Shown here in pieces: positions 54,649 to 63,831 of a stretch of 64,000 nucleotides of DNA. Within the stretch, counting starts at the first letter, position 1; each line of letters begins with the position of its first letter. The stretch comes from a virus, in the IMG/VR virus record IMGVR_UViG_3300018080_000110, positions 85,225 to 149,224 of that record. One strand, written 5' to 3'. The notes below the pieces were generated by a model. It made no database searches. It was given only the letters and a program-made list of their open reading frames with translations, and was not told the origin of the DNA. The translations under genes were made by a program, and so were the position numbers.

Positions 54649-56076
54649 TCACGGGATGAAAGGCGTTCTTACTACGCCCGCAGAACCCAAGATGGTAGAT
54701 CCAGCTGCCCCGGGCAGCGATTTCAAGAGGTCGTACAGTTGTGCACTCTTGTTGACAATCGCTCCCGTCCCGTGAAGTGCGATCCCTGCTGCGAAGTCTA
54801 CTTCGTCGGCAGTCTTAGTGATCGTATGCGTGAACTCTGCTCTCCAGTTCTGCATCTTACTGGGCTGGGAGACATCGACTCCCATCTTCGCAAGCTCCGC
54901 ACGTAGCTTCTGCTCCATACTCGGCCCGTCAGGAACCTCGTTGTCTACAACTTGCCCTTCCATCACACCGATAGGAGTCGTGGCTCCACCGCCACCAATG
55001 TACTCGTCTGTGTTGTCGGTGATCTTACTGCGGATGGGGTACTTGCGCTCTGGGTACGTACCAGGAAAAGTGGCCTTGTTGGCGTATGTCGCGCTCCCAC
55101 TGTACACCTCTGCCCCAGCGATGCCTTGCGGCACGACAGTCCTGCGGCCGTAGAAGTAGGTCTTGACGTTGTCCAGGAACCTGTTGACCTTCACGTCGAA
55201 CTGACCGAGTCCGCGGAAGATGGCTCCTTGAATAGCAGCCTTGCTGTCTACATCAGTAACTTGAGCTCTCTCGATCGCTTGCCGGACTGCGAACGTGGTG
55301 CTTAAAGCCTCGCGTTTGGCCCGCTCCTTGTCCTGTGTGTCCCGTAGCTTCTTGACCGCTTGATCGAAGAACTCAGTCTGTCGCAGATCCTTCGCGGGTA
55401 TGTTCACATTGGCCGATACCGGGTACTCACTCGAGCTCGAAAGCAACCCAATGTAAGTATGAGCCGTGACGAACACCGTGAACTGAAAAGGAACGTGATA
55501 AGGGAAATCTGCGCTGTGCGAAGCTTGCGCGTTTAGCACATATCCCTCTACGATCTGGTCGTCAAAGTAGAAGTAGATCCGAGCATCAAGCTCAACTAGT
55601 TTCGTGCCCCGCAAATACGTCTCGTAGTTCTTCCAGAACTCGTTCTTCCAGTTGAAGTCCAACGTGTTCATCAAAAGACCCTGAACCTGCATCAACCGCG
55701 GCTTCTCGCCGTAGAAGAACACGTAGGGCTCGCCGAATGTCTCGACGATCTGTTGCTTCTCTTCTCGTGCGTCTACGATCTGCTGAGCGATGAAATTGGA
55801 GTAGTTGAATGTTCCGCCTTCTGGCGGGACTTCGCGAAGCTCCTCTGCCTTACCTCGAATGCCTTGGCTGCGCGACGTGACGATAGATCCAGAGTCCACG
55901 AGAGGGATCTCCCTACCGTCAGATCGAATCACCTTGATGACAGCGTAAGTGTCTTCTTTGATCTCTATGCCGCGTAGAGGACGACGTACACCGAGGAAAT
56001 CTAGCGCCTTTCTCTCAGCAATGAGATCTAGGTTGCGCTTGAAGCCGTCGGTTCGCATCTCGATGTAGGTAGCCAT
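54649..56076 (-). CDS. Tail tube initiator/gpU-like protein
   Basis: EKQQIVETFG..YVFF.GE.PR...V.G.L and FQF..FV; lies between the tape measure and hub genes. Confidence 0.55.
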   Translation of the reverse strand: MATYIEMRTDGFKRNLDLIAERKALDFLGVRRPLRGIEIKEDTYAVIKVIRSDGREIPLVDSGSIVTSRSQGIRGKAEELREVPPEGGTFNYSNFIAQQIVDAREEKQQIVETFGEPYVFFYGEKPRLMQVQGLLMNTLDFNWKNEFWKNYETYLRGTKLVELDARIYFYFDDQIVEGYVLNAQASHSADFPYHVPFQFTVFVTAHTYIGLLSSSSEYPVSANVNIPAKDLRQTEFFDQAVKKLRDTQDKERAKREALSTTFAVRQAIERAQVTDVDSKAAIQGAIFRGLGQFDVKVNRFLDNVKTYFYGRRTVVPQGIAGAEVYSGSATYANKATFPGTYPERKYPIRSKITDNTDEYIGGGGATTPIGVMEGQVVDNEVPDGPSMEQKLRAELAKMGVDVSQPSKMQNWRAEFTHTITKTADEVDFAAGIALHGTGAIVNKSAQLYDLLKSLPGAAGSTILGSAGVVRTPFIP

Positions 56077-56084
56077 CGATTCTC

Positions 56085-56327
56085 CTAGATCTGAATGTTG
56101 ACCTTGATCAGATCGTCCTTGATCTGACGACTGGTCTCCTCCACTTTGAAGCCTTCCCCCGTAAGAACATCGTAGAGCTTCGCGCGAACCAGCTTCAAGT
56201 ATGGGTCTTCCACAGCCAGGGAGTCACGTACAATCACCGTTCGCATTGTCCCGTCCGCGACGGGGATGCGAAAGAAGACCTCGCTTCTGACCGCGTACTT
56301 GTTCGTTCCTGCTTTAGGCTTAGGCAT
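56085..56327 (-). CDS. Small hypothetical protein
   Basis: TAATG coupling to the tape measure gene. Confidence 0.6.
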   Translation of the reverse strand: MPKPKAGTNKYAVRSEVFFRIPVADGTMRTVIVRDSLAVEDPYLKLVRAKLYDVLTGEGFKVEETSRQIKDDLIKVNIQI

Positions 56328-59300
56328 TAGCCGCTCTTCTTGCCTTTCTTTGGTATTTTCTCGTCCCTCGATATCGCACCGAGATACTCAACAACCTGGT
56401 TTAGCTTTACGGTCTGTGTCTTGAGCTCAGTGACCATCTTCCCTTCCTTGGGATCGATACCCGCCGCAGAAAGATCCTGTGGATCTAAACCGGCTCTCTT
56501 AGCCACCTGGACGCTATAGCTCTTCACTGCCCCGCTAACAGCTCTCTTGACGCCGATGCGGGTTTGCTCGCCCACTGTCAACCCCCCACGCATTTCACCG
56601 ACCATACGGTCGATATCCTCTTCCTCATAACCTCTAGCCTTGAGCCGCTCTCGTATCATACTTGTATCGGTGCCACGGATAAGACCCGTGGTCACTTTCC
56701 GTAACTCTTTTTGACTTAAACCCGAGATGCCGAGCTGAGCCAGCCTTCGATGGATTCCTGTTTTAGCTTTGCGGGATATCTTCTCACCCTCCTCGATGTC
56801 CCTACTGATACCAAAATCCTGAGCCTCCTCCTTCACCCTAGAAGCCCCCGACAAAACCAAACCGATGTCAGTTCCGGACAAACCCTTCTCCTGAAGAATA
56901 GCGCTCATTCGACGAGCCTTCTCAGGATCGTCGGCTGCTGCTTGAGCAAGACGTGACAACCTATTCAGCTGAGCACTTGGAGTCAGTCCCCCCGTACTCA
57001 TGGCCTCCGTGAACGCTTGTGTCAAACTAGTGTCTCCGCCACCAGCAGTGCGGATTAGATCTATGCCTTCTCCCAGCGTCTTTCTAAAACGTACCTTTCT
57101 TCTACGAAGGGTATCGTCGACGGCTTGGCGGTCCTTCATCCATGCACTAGCGCCCAGCTTACCCATCAAGTCGGCTATGACCTCAGCCTGGGGGTTATTT
57201 GGATCTTGCATGCGGATAGCCACGTCACGCATCCTCTCTGAAGTGCTTCCATCCCTACTCACTTCACGCAGTAGACCTCTTGCTTGATCTTCGAGCCGCT
57301 TCGCCTTATCAGGATCTCCCTTCCCGGTAGTCTTCATGTCCTGGCGTATTGCCCGCGCACGAGCGAAGAGGAGCATAGCCCTCTTACCCCGAGAGTCTTT
57401 CTTCAACTCCTCAATACCTCGTTCAGGAACCTCTTCTCCACCCAGCATGATGTCCCGAGCGCTCAGCAACTTTCCGGCTAGCTCTTCTGTGGCGCCCTCC
57501 TCGTATTTTTCGATCGCCTCCCTTCGAGCCTGCCCTCCAGAAGGCAATCCTTCCAAACCAGTGAAGCCAGTAAATTCACCCCGAGCCTTCCCTTGCATCG
57601 CCATGAGACGAGCAGTGGCTTTCCTACCACTAAGACCCGCGAACAGTTGTTGGGCCTGCCCTCCCGCACGACCTTGTTGGATCCTCTGAATGACTTGAGT
57701 CGCGTACTGCTCTTGTTCTTCTTGCCCGAGAGCCCCCATCCCCATCCGTCCTCGGAGATTCAAAACTTCTGCTCCGCGCAAATACTTCTGCACCTGCTGC
57801 GCTCCCGCTCCTCCCAGAGCTTCCCTCATCTGCTCAGTCCCACCGAATCCAAGAGCCCTAGCTTCCCCCACTCCGACCATCCCGCGCGAAGCTCTTCCAA
57901 GAGCTTCCCTCTCCCGAATATCCGCCAAACTAAATTGGCGACCGCGCCCAAAAATACGCTGCCCAGCCCAACCAGCAGCCCCACCAACCGCGGCGCCCAC
58001 AGCTCCGAACAACCCCATGCCGATAGTTGCCCCGCGAGAAGCCCAACTTCTGCTACCCGACACCGGTCGGAATCCGAGCCGCATCATCTGAGCAGAACCC
58101 GCTTGCCCCACGTACCCACCCTTAATTTGACCGAGCTCCCGGTCCATGATGTCTCTCGGACCAAACCCAGCAGACAAGTAGTCTCTGTTCCCGGTCTCCG
58201 CTGACCGGACCATCGCCCTGACGGCCTCCGCAGAAATGCCCCTCTCGCGTCCCCCCGTGCCCAGCAATCGGTCGGAGAAGCGCTGCCAAGTTCTTCCCAC
58301 CTGGTAAGAGAAATCAGCTCCTGCCTCACGTAGAGGGCCGTCAATGTTCTGTCTCCACCACTGCCCTATCCGCCGCTTGAAACCCTCGTAGGTGTTCGCC
58401 ATCTGCTCTTCGCGTTGCCTCCCCTGAGCATCGATGGAGGCCTCAGAACGAGCAGCCTGAATCTGCATCATTCGGGGCATTTCGCGGGCCAGCTTGGCCA
58501 CGATGTCAGCCTGTCGGCGATTGCCACCCATAAAACGTTGAATGATTCTACGGGTTACTAGGCGGTCTCTAGCTCCCCCTCCCCACAACCGGCTCCCTGT
58601 CAGACTCCGGACGATGCCCAAAGCTGCCTGCGGACCCTGAGCCGCCAGCTTTCCCCGGAGCTCCCCCTCGTTTCCTACGAACTGATAAGCCCGTCTTCCC
58701 GAGACGTTACGCCGAGCAGAACGGCCTATCTCGCCGACACTCATTCCGCCAGCCATAAACCGTTGTAGTTTGGCGGGATCTAGGCCGGTACCTTCGCGGT
58801 CCATCATCGAGGCTAAAGCCCACCGCCCAACCCTCGAGCGAGCGAACCGCGCGGTAGCCCCAGCTAGCATTGTCCCGAGGTTTTGAGCTCCCTCAGCACC
58901 AGTACCGAACCCGGCCTCTCCTAACGTCCTCGAGCTCACCACGTTGCCAAACAACGCCGCCCCACCCATCATCTGCGCTCGGGCCATCATCTGAGAACCC
59001 TGCTGCCCCGTCCCACCAATCCTCCTGGCCATCTGGGCTCCCATGCCCATCACAGCTTGGGATTGCTGTGCACTCATCCCCGTATTGGCCTGCACTTGCC
59101 TTACTTGTGCGGCGTGCCTCGTGATGTCCTGCGGTGTCCAAAAACCTTGCTGGCGAGCCTGCTGGAAGAACGGCAATGCCTCAGAGAGCGTCGTGTTGAA
59201 CGTCTTGGCGATCTCCGTCAGCGTGTCCTTCATCTTCGTGAACCGCTGACGAAACTCCCGCGCGTCCTGTACGCCCCGAAAGACTCCCATCTGAGCTCCC

Positions 59301-59968
59301 CGACCCATGATCCCTAGGAGCTCACTCGGAGTCGACATCATGTCCTTGCTGCCCATCGTCTGAAGCATTTGGCCGACTTGCCGTTGCTCCACTTGTCCGA
59401 AACCGTACCCCGTTCGCGATTCGGGATTCGTAAAGCGGAAAGTGTTCTGCAACATCGATCCAACTTGATTTTGGAACTGTGCCCCCTGTGCCATCTGACC
59501 AACCGCGTAGCTCCCCGCATGATAGAGACCTAACGCAGGAAGAGCACCTAAAGCCCCCATGCCGATCCCGCGGGCGATGCCGCCAAGACCGCCTCTGGCT
59601 ACCATGCCCAGATTGGACCCAATACCTGCCCCCGATCGCCAACCTACACCACGCGCAAACCCGCCCATCGCACCGGAAAAGGGGTCTAACATCCTGCCGA
59701 CAGTGCCGCCCATCATCATCCCCGCACCGGCTACGATCGGCGCACCATAACTCGCTGCAGCATTCATCATCCCCGGGGCAGCTGCTACACCTTGATTAAA
59801 CTCCTGCGCCCCAGGAGACATCATCGGGCCATAGGGGTTGGCGTAAGTAGGAGCCACTCCCATCGCTTGACCCATCGGAGAAATCTGTTGGGCGTACGTG
59901 GCTGTGTTACCGAACATGGCCTGCTGGCCAGCGATCATTTGGTTGATCTGGTGACTGGTAACGGGCAT
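56327..59968 (-). CDS. Tape measure protein
   Basis: 1213 aa, Gly/Ala/Met/Arg-rich helical sequence with Gly-rich hydrophobic stretches; upstream of hub/baseplate genes. Confidence 0.75.
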   Translation of the reverse strand: MPVTSHQINQMIAGQQAMFGNTATYAQQISPMGQAMGVAPTYANPYGPMMSPGAQEFNQGVAAAPGMMNAAASYGAPIVAGAGMMMGGTVGRMLDPFSGAMGGFARGVGWRSGAGIGSNLGMVARGGLGGIARGIGMGALGALPALGLYHAGSYAVGQMAQGAQFQNQVGSMLQNTFRFTNPESRTGYGFGQVEQRQVGQMLQTMGSKDMMSTPSELLGIMGRGAQMGVFRGVQDAREFRQRFTKMKDTLTEIAKTFNTTLSEALPFFQQARQQGFWTPQDITRHAAQVRQVQANTGMSAQQSQAVMGMGAQMARRIGGTGQQGSQMMARAQMMGGAALFGNVVSSRTLGEAGFGTGAEGAQNLGTMLAGATARFARSRVGRWALASMMDREGTGLDPAKLQRFMAGGMSVGEIGRSARRNVSGRRAYQFVGNEGELRGKLAAQGPQAALGIVRSLTGSRLWGGGARDRLVTRRIIQRFMGGNRRQADIVAKLAREMPRMMQIQAARSEASIDAQGRQREEQMANTYEGFKRRIGQWWRQNIDGPLREAGADFSYQVGRTWQRFSDRLLGTGGRERGISAEAVRAMVRSAETGNRDYLSAGFGPRDIMDRELGQIKGGYVGQAGSAQMMRLGFRPVSGSRSWASRGATIGMGLFGAVGAAVGGAAGWAGQRIFGRGRQFSLADIREREALGRASRGMVGVGEARALGFGGTEQMREALGGAGAQQVQKYLRGAEVLNLRGRMGMGALGQEEQEQYATQVIQRIQQGRAGGQAQQLFAGLSGRKATARLMAMQGKARGEFTGFTGLEGLPSGGQARREAIEKYEEGATEELAGKLLSARDIMLGGEEVPERGIEELKKDSRGKRAMLLFARARAIRQDMKTTGKGDPDKAKRLEDQARGLLREVSRDGSTSERMRDVAIRMQDPNNPQAEVIADLMGKLGASAWMKDRQAVDDTLRRRKVRFRKTLGEGIDLIRTAGGGDTSLTQAFTEAMSTGGLTPSAQLNRLSRLAQAAADDPEKARRMSAILQEKGLSGTDIGLVLSGASRVKEEAQDFGISRDIEEGEKISRKAKTGIHRRLAQLGISGLSQKELRKVTTGLIRGTDTSMIRERLKARGYEEEDIDRMVGEMRGGLTVGEQTRIGVKRAVSGAVKSYSVQVAKRAGLDPQDLSAAGIDPKEGKMVTELKTQTVKLNQVVEYLGAISRDEKIPKKGKKSG

Positions 59969-60035
59969 TCGGAGATCTCCTACAGTGCGGCTAGACTAGC
60001 CTATCAAAAAGCCCGCAAACACTCCACTATCGGAG

Positions 60036-60043
60036 GGTATAAG
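60036..60043 (+). promoter_or_regulatory. Putative phage promoter motif GGTATAAG
   Basis: Lies 26 nt before ATG 60070, which has an AAAGGAGG RBS. Confidence 0.5.
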
Positions 60044-60069
60044 ATCTTTGGTGAGAAAGGAGGAATTAT

Positions 60070-60456
60070 ATGATCGTTGAGGGTCTCGTCCTTCTCGGGA
60101 TCGCGGCCTCCTTGCTGGCGCCGGCGGCGAAATCCGTCGCCGTCGGAAAGGCGGCGGAGAAGGTCGTGGACAGGATGGTGTCCACGACCAAGTTCCGCCT
60201 GGAGGACGGAACAGTCCTCCAGGTCGAACTCTGCGATCTCGGAACTGAGGAAATAGCGTTCCTCAGTCTCGGAGATCACGAAGTAGTCGTGACCAAGTCG
60301 GAGAAGGACTTTTCCGACTTGGTCATGCTGACTCAGCTGTACGCCCACCTTGGAGCGCCGGTCCCGCCCGAGGTGGGGGCGCAGCTGGCAAAGATCTGGC
60401 AGTCCCGCCTCAAGGAGATCTCTTGTTCGCCGTCCAGGCGAACAAAGAGACTCTGA
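60070..60456 (+). CDS. Hypothetical protein with hydrophobic N-terminus
   Basis: Strong RBS, own promoter motif and terminator. Confidence 0.7.
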   Translation: MIVEGLVLLGIAASLLAPAAKSVAVGKAAEKVVDRMVSTTKFRLEDGTVLQVELCDLGTEEIAFLSLGDHEVVVTKSEKDFSDLVMLTQLYAHLGAPVPPEVGAQLAKIWQSRLKEISCSPSRRTKRL

Positions 60457-60460
60457 CGGC

Positions 60461-60496
60461 AGGGAGGGGGCGTGAAAAAACGCTCCCTTTTTAGCT
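60461..60496 (+). terminator. Rho-independent terminator ending TTAGCT
   Basis: GGGGGCGT/ACGCTCCC stem followed by TTTTTAGCT. Confidence 0.65.
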
Positions 60497-60815
60497 ATAA
60501 GGTCTATGTTCAGCAATGGACGATCGCACGACGATCAACGAAGTCCCGCTGAGCCTGGGTGGTCAGGAGAATTCGGGCAACTGGATTCCAAGATCGACAT
60601 CCCGAGTGTCGGGGTGTTCAGTACCGGCAGCCCCTGCATATCAGGGACGTAAGTATCCGAGTCAGGTGCACCCCAACATGACACTCAAATTTTTACCTAG
60701 GTTGCAAAAAGGGGGGACGTGAGCGCCGCCCGCCAGTGTTTTCTTAGCGGGTACCCTCGACCGTACGTCAGCGTTGGGCAGCAGTGAGCCGGCGCAGCGT
60801 TATCGTACCACGAGA

Positions 60816-61076
60816 TCAATCGAAGCAGCACGAGCCAACAGATCTTTTGAGCTCTTCCAATTCCAAGCGTTGCAGAGGAGGGCACTCGTGTTGCCACATG
60901 TCCTCGTAACACCGGCACGCTTCCTCATTGCACACCAATGCCCGCCAAGGGTCTCCGCCCAACTTCCATTGTGCCTCACACACTACATCTGTGCAGAAAG
61001 CCTCATCCCAAGTTGGATCTACGTCCTGACCTCCGCATGAGGCCAAAACCAACAATGCCGCTACCAGTAACTTCAT
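60816..61076 (-). CDS. Small Cys-rich lipoprotein
   Basis: MKLLVAALLVLASC lipobox signal. Confidence 0.65.
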   Translation of the reverse strand: MKLLVAALLVLASCGGQDVDPTWDEAFCTDVVCEAQWKLGGDPWRALVCNEEACRCYEDMWQHECPPLQRLELEELKRSVGSCCFD

Positions 61077-61527
61077 GGGGCGGTAGCATTACAGGATGAC
61101 GGTCAGGAGATCAAGTAAAAGATCTCCTTACTCGATCGAGTGACCGAGCTAAAGAGAGGAAGAAGGCCTAACTATGCTGCGAGACCATCCGCGTTTTGCG
61201 ATCTAGTTTGATCTCTTTTACGAGAATCCTTATCCCCGTGCAGCAAAGCCTTCGTGCAAGAACGGCACAGATGCTTGCTGGGGTCGCCGTGGAGATGAGC
61301 CAACCCAGGAACCGCGCGGCCACAGCAGTGTACACAACGTAACATGACGGGCCTCCTTTTTACGACCCGCATGTTCTGCAGGCCGTCAGAAGATCGACGT
61401 AGGCTTCGAGGAACGGAACACACCCCACGGGTCATCCCTGAATGTCACTCGAATAACGCTCGTCGATCTCATGGTTCTTCTGTCAGTGTGACCACTTGTT
61501 CAAAAATGTCAACAGTGTACGTGTCTC

Positions 61528-61564
61528 AGCTAAAAAAGGCCGCGCTGAGGAGTACCGCGCGGCC
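61528..61564 (-). terminator. Rho-independent terminator ending TTAGCT
   Basis: GGCCGCGC/GCGCGGCC stem then TTTTTTAGCT on the minus strand, downstream of 61588. Confidence 0.75.
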
Positions 61565-61587
61565 CACTGACACGATCCAGGAGGAGA

Positions 61588-61800
61588 TCATGTCACGATC
61601 TTGTACCCCAAGTACTCCCGAAGGATTTGCTGTTCTACGGAAGATAAGGGCTCCATTCCTTGACCCATCATCCAGTTCTCGAATGCGCGAATCTCGGCCC
61701 CCAGACTGTCAGCTGCTTTAACAGGCTCTTTCTCCGCCAACCTTCGGAAACCTTCTTTGTCGAGACTCATCACAATCTCGATTGTCTCCTTGTTTGCCAT
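61588..61800 (-). CDS. Small hypothetical protein
   Basis: AAGGAG RBS, GGGATAAG motif upstream and terminator downstream. Confidence 0.7.
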   Translation of the reverse strand: MANKETIEIVMSLDKEGFRRLAEKEPVKAADSLGAEIRAFENWMMGQGMEPLSSVEQQILREYLGYKIVT

Positions 61801-61826
61801 AGCTATGTTGCTCCTTCTCCGCTCGC

Positions 61827-61886
61827 CTTATCCCGTCTAACAGAAACTTTTTGCTTACGCAAGTATCCGTCGTCGATCGGTATAAG
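61827..61886. promoter_or_regulatory. Divergent pair of ATAAG promoter motifs
   Basis: GGGATAAG on minus (61827-61834) and GGTATAAG on plus (61879-61886). Confidence 0.5.
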
Positions 61887-61938
61887 AGCAACAGTGCACT
61901 GAGGCGGCAGTTAGCCGCCATTGATTCAGGAGGAAACG

Positions 61939-62301
61939 ATGTTCATCGTGAAGCAGTCAGGAGAGCACCTAGTTCAAGCAAGAGATTTCATGGAAGCTGT
62001 CAAAAAGGCTAAAGAGAAGATGGCAGTGTCCTTCTCAAACGGGGACCCCTTGTACTTTGAAGTCTGGGATACCTTCGGTCAAGACTTCTACGTTCTGGAA
62101 GAAGACGGTGTAGGGAAAGTGGAGCAGCTCGTCCACTTCACAGTGACAGAAAGATTGGAGCTGGTGAAGAAGATGAAAGAGCGGGCTTCGGAGAATAAGA
62201 GCGAGCTAGACCGCCTCTGCGAGCTTGCCGCTCTACAGGTGCGAGACAAACGCTCTTATGATAGCTGGGTGCGCAAGGATGCCGAAAATGTTGACAGCTG
62301 A
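61939..62301 (+). CDS. Hypothetical protein
   Basis: AGGAGG RBS then ATG 61939. Confidence 0.7.
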   Translation: MFIVKQSGEHLVQARDFMEAVKKAKEKMAVSFSNGDPLYFEVWDTFGQDFYVLEEDGVGKVEQLVHFTVTERLELVKKMKERASENKSELDRLCELAALQVRDKRSYDSWVRKDAENVDS

Positions 62302-62980
62302 TCTAGTGGAACAGCTGGAATCCGCAAGAGAGGAGTGCGGAGACGATAAGTTCTTCGGCGTTCGATCTGGGAAGAATGAGTTCTTCGTCTGCAATTGGTC
62401 CTTTGGTCTGAGATTCCTCGACGAGGAAGTGCTGAATGGGCGGCATGTGACGCTTTTGGAGGATGAGGCAGACCGCATCTGTGCTTTGAGCGAAACCAAA
62501 CGAGACATCATCCGACATATCTACCGCAGGTCCTGGATGGACATCTTGATCGGTACAGGTATCTACCAGGATGCTGAGCTCGTTCAACTGAAAGAAGACG
62601 AGTCAAAAATCTTCAAGTCGCACGGTCTCCGTGTCCTACCTTTTGAGACTGATACACTGCGACGCTACTACGTGCGTGAGCCCTACTTCGATATCGTCGA
62701 GGGGCTGCTCGACGAAGTCTATCCAGTCATCTTCCGTCCGATCAATAACCCAACCTATCCTGACGATTACCGCCCCATGCTGGTACAGGACAAGAACGGC
62801 GACGTTAGAGGACTCCTAGGGACTGTTACGGAAGAGAACATGTGGAACCCAATAGATCTCACGAAGGAGTATCAGCAACACGTGGAGACAGCCTTGGAGG
62901 ATATCCTCGATGCAGACCTTCCTGCCAGATCCAGGTTTCGCGCAGTCAGCCAAGATACTAGATCTCCGTCGTCTGGGTAA
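62288..62980 (+). CDS. Hypothetical protein
   Basis: AAGGA RBS; overlaps both neighbours. Confidence 0.65.
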   Translation: MLTADLVEQLESAREECGDDKFFGVRSGKNEFFVCNWSFGLRFLDEEVLNGRHVTLLEDEADRICALSETKRDIIRHIYRRSWMDILIGTGIYQDAELVQLKEDESKIFKSHGLRVLPFETDTLRRYYVREPYFDIVEGLLDEVYPVIFRPINNPTYPDDYRPMLVQDKNGDVRGLLGTVTEENMWNPIDLTKEYQQHVETALEDILDADLPARSRFRAVSQDTRSPSSG

Positions 62981-63377
62981 ACAACGCCTAGAATCTCGGC
63001 AGATACTCAAGACACTACAAGAAGGAGGAAAATGGGAGAGACACCCGGCCGTCTTGATGTGGGAAGGATACGAACTCGCGTTGACCTATTACGGTAACGT
63101 CATGATCGCCGAATGGATCTTGCGCGGCTGCAGGAACACTATGCCTCTAATACTCGTGGAAGAGCACCCACACGACATACCGATGCCGCCGTGGTTGGGG
63201 TTCCCACCTTTCCATGACTCACACTGCTCCAACCTATTACGGAAGAACCCCGAGTTCTACGAAGACAAACTGCCGCGTCTAGTAGAACCGGGTCTTCCAT
63301 ACTACTGGCCCACAAAGGAGGATTCGTGGAGAAGAGCAAAAAACTGGGAGAAGAGAAAGCCTCCCCCGAAGCACTAG
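62910..63377 (+). CDS. Pyrimidine dimer DNA glycosylase / DenV-like (MSMEG_6728 family)
   Basis: MQTFLP...SA..LD.RRLGKQR.E..QI, HPAV.MW.G, PPWLG...H.SH.SNLLRK and Y.WP. Confidence 0.88.
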   Translation: MQTFLPDPGFAQSAKILDLRRLGKQRLESRQILKTLQEGGKWERHPAVLMWEGYELALTYYGNVMIAEWILRGCRNTMPLILVEEHPHDIPMPPWLGFPPFHDSHCSNLLRKNPEFYEDKLPRLVEPGLPYYWPTKEDSWRRAKNWEKRKPPPKH

Positions 63378-63601
63378 AGCAAATGAGGGACAGCCCGTAC
63401 AATCACAAAGACACTAAGTGGGCTGCCTACCAAAATCTGGCCTTAGACAGCTACAACTGCGGGCATCTCCAGTTTTTGGCAGTAGGCCCGAGCAACACCT
63501 TCAAAGAGAAACCAGCTCAATACCCAGATACCGAACATGGTCTCGGATGGCGTTATCGCTTCGTGGGCTGGGTCGATCTAGAGACGGGAGAAGTTAAATG
63601 A
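63326..63601 (+). CDS. Hypothetical protein
   Basis: AAGGAGG RBS then GTG. Confidence 0.65.
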   Translation: MEKSKKLGEEKASPEALEQMRDSPYNHKDTKWAAYQNLALDSYNCGHLQFLAVGPSNTFKEKPAQYPDTEHGLGWRYRFVGWVDLETGEVK

Positions 63602-63831
63602 ACTGTCAGAGATGCAGAAGAGTGAAAATCGTTATCGAGATAGATTGCGACGACGCAGCTCTGCATGACGACTTCGAGACCGAGTTTCCTCGCCTCCTCA
63701 ACGCCATCCCGCAAAAGATCTTCAACCAGCTCGAGCGGAGCGGGCGTTGCATCTGCGAAGCCCTGGAGTCAGACGACAAGCTACTGGATATCAACGGCAA
63801 CACCGTTGGAAGGATCAAGGTGTTCAGATGA
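63598..63831 (+). CDS. Hypothetical protein
   Basis: ATGA coupling; LLDINGNTVG motif. Confidence 0.6.
   Translation: MNCQRCRRVKIVIEIDCDDAALHDDFETEFPRLLNAIPQKIFNQLERSGRCICEALESDDKLLDINGNTVGRIKVFR

Noticed and set aside
60516-60722. 68-aa ORF, and the 61172-61435 ORF
   Set aside because: Possible small genes, but start sites and coding signal are too weak to list as features.
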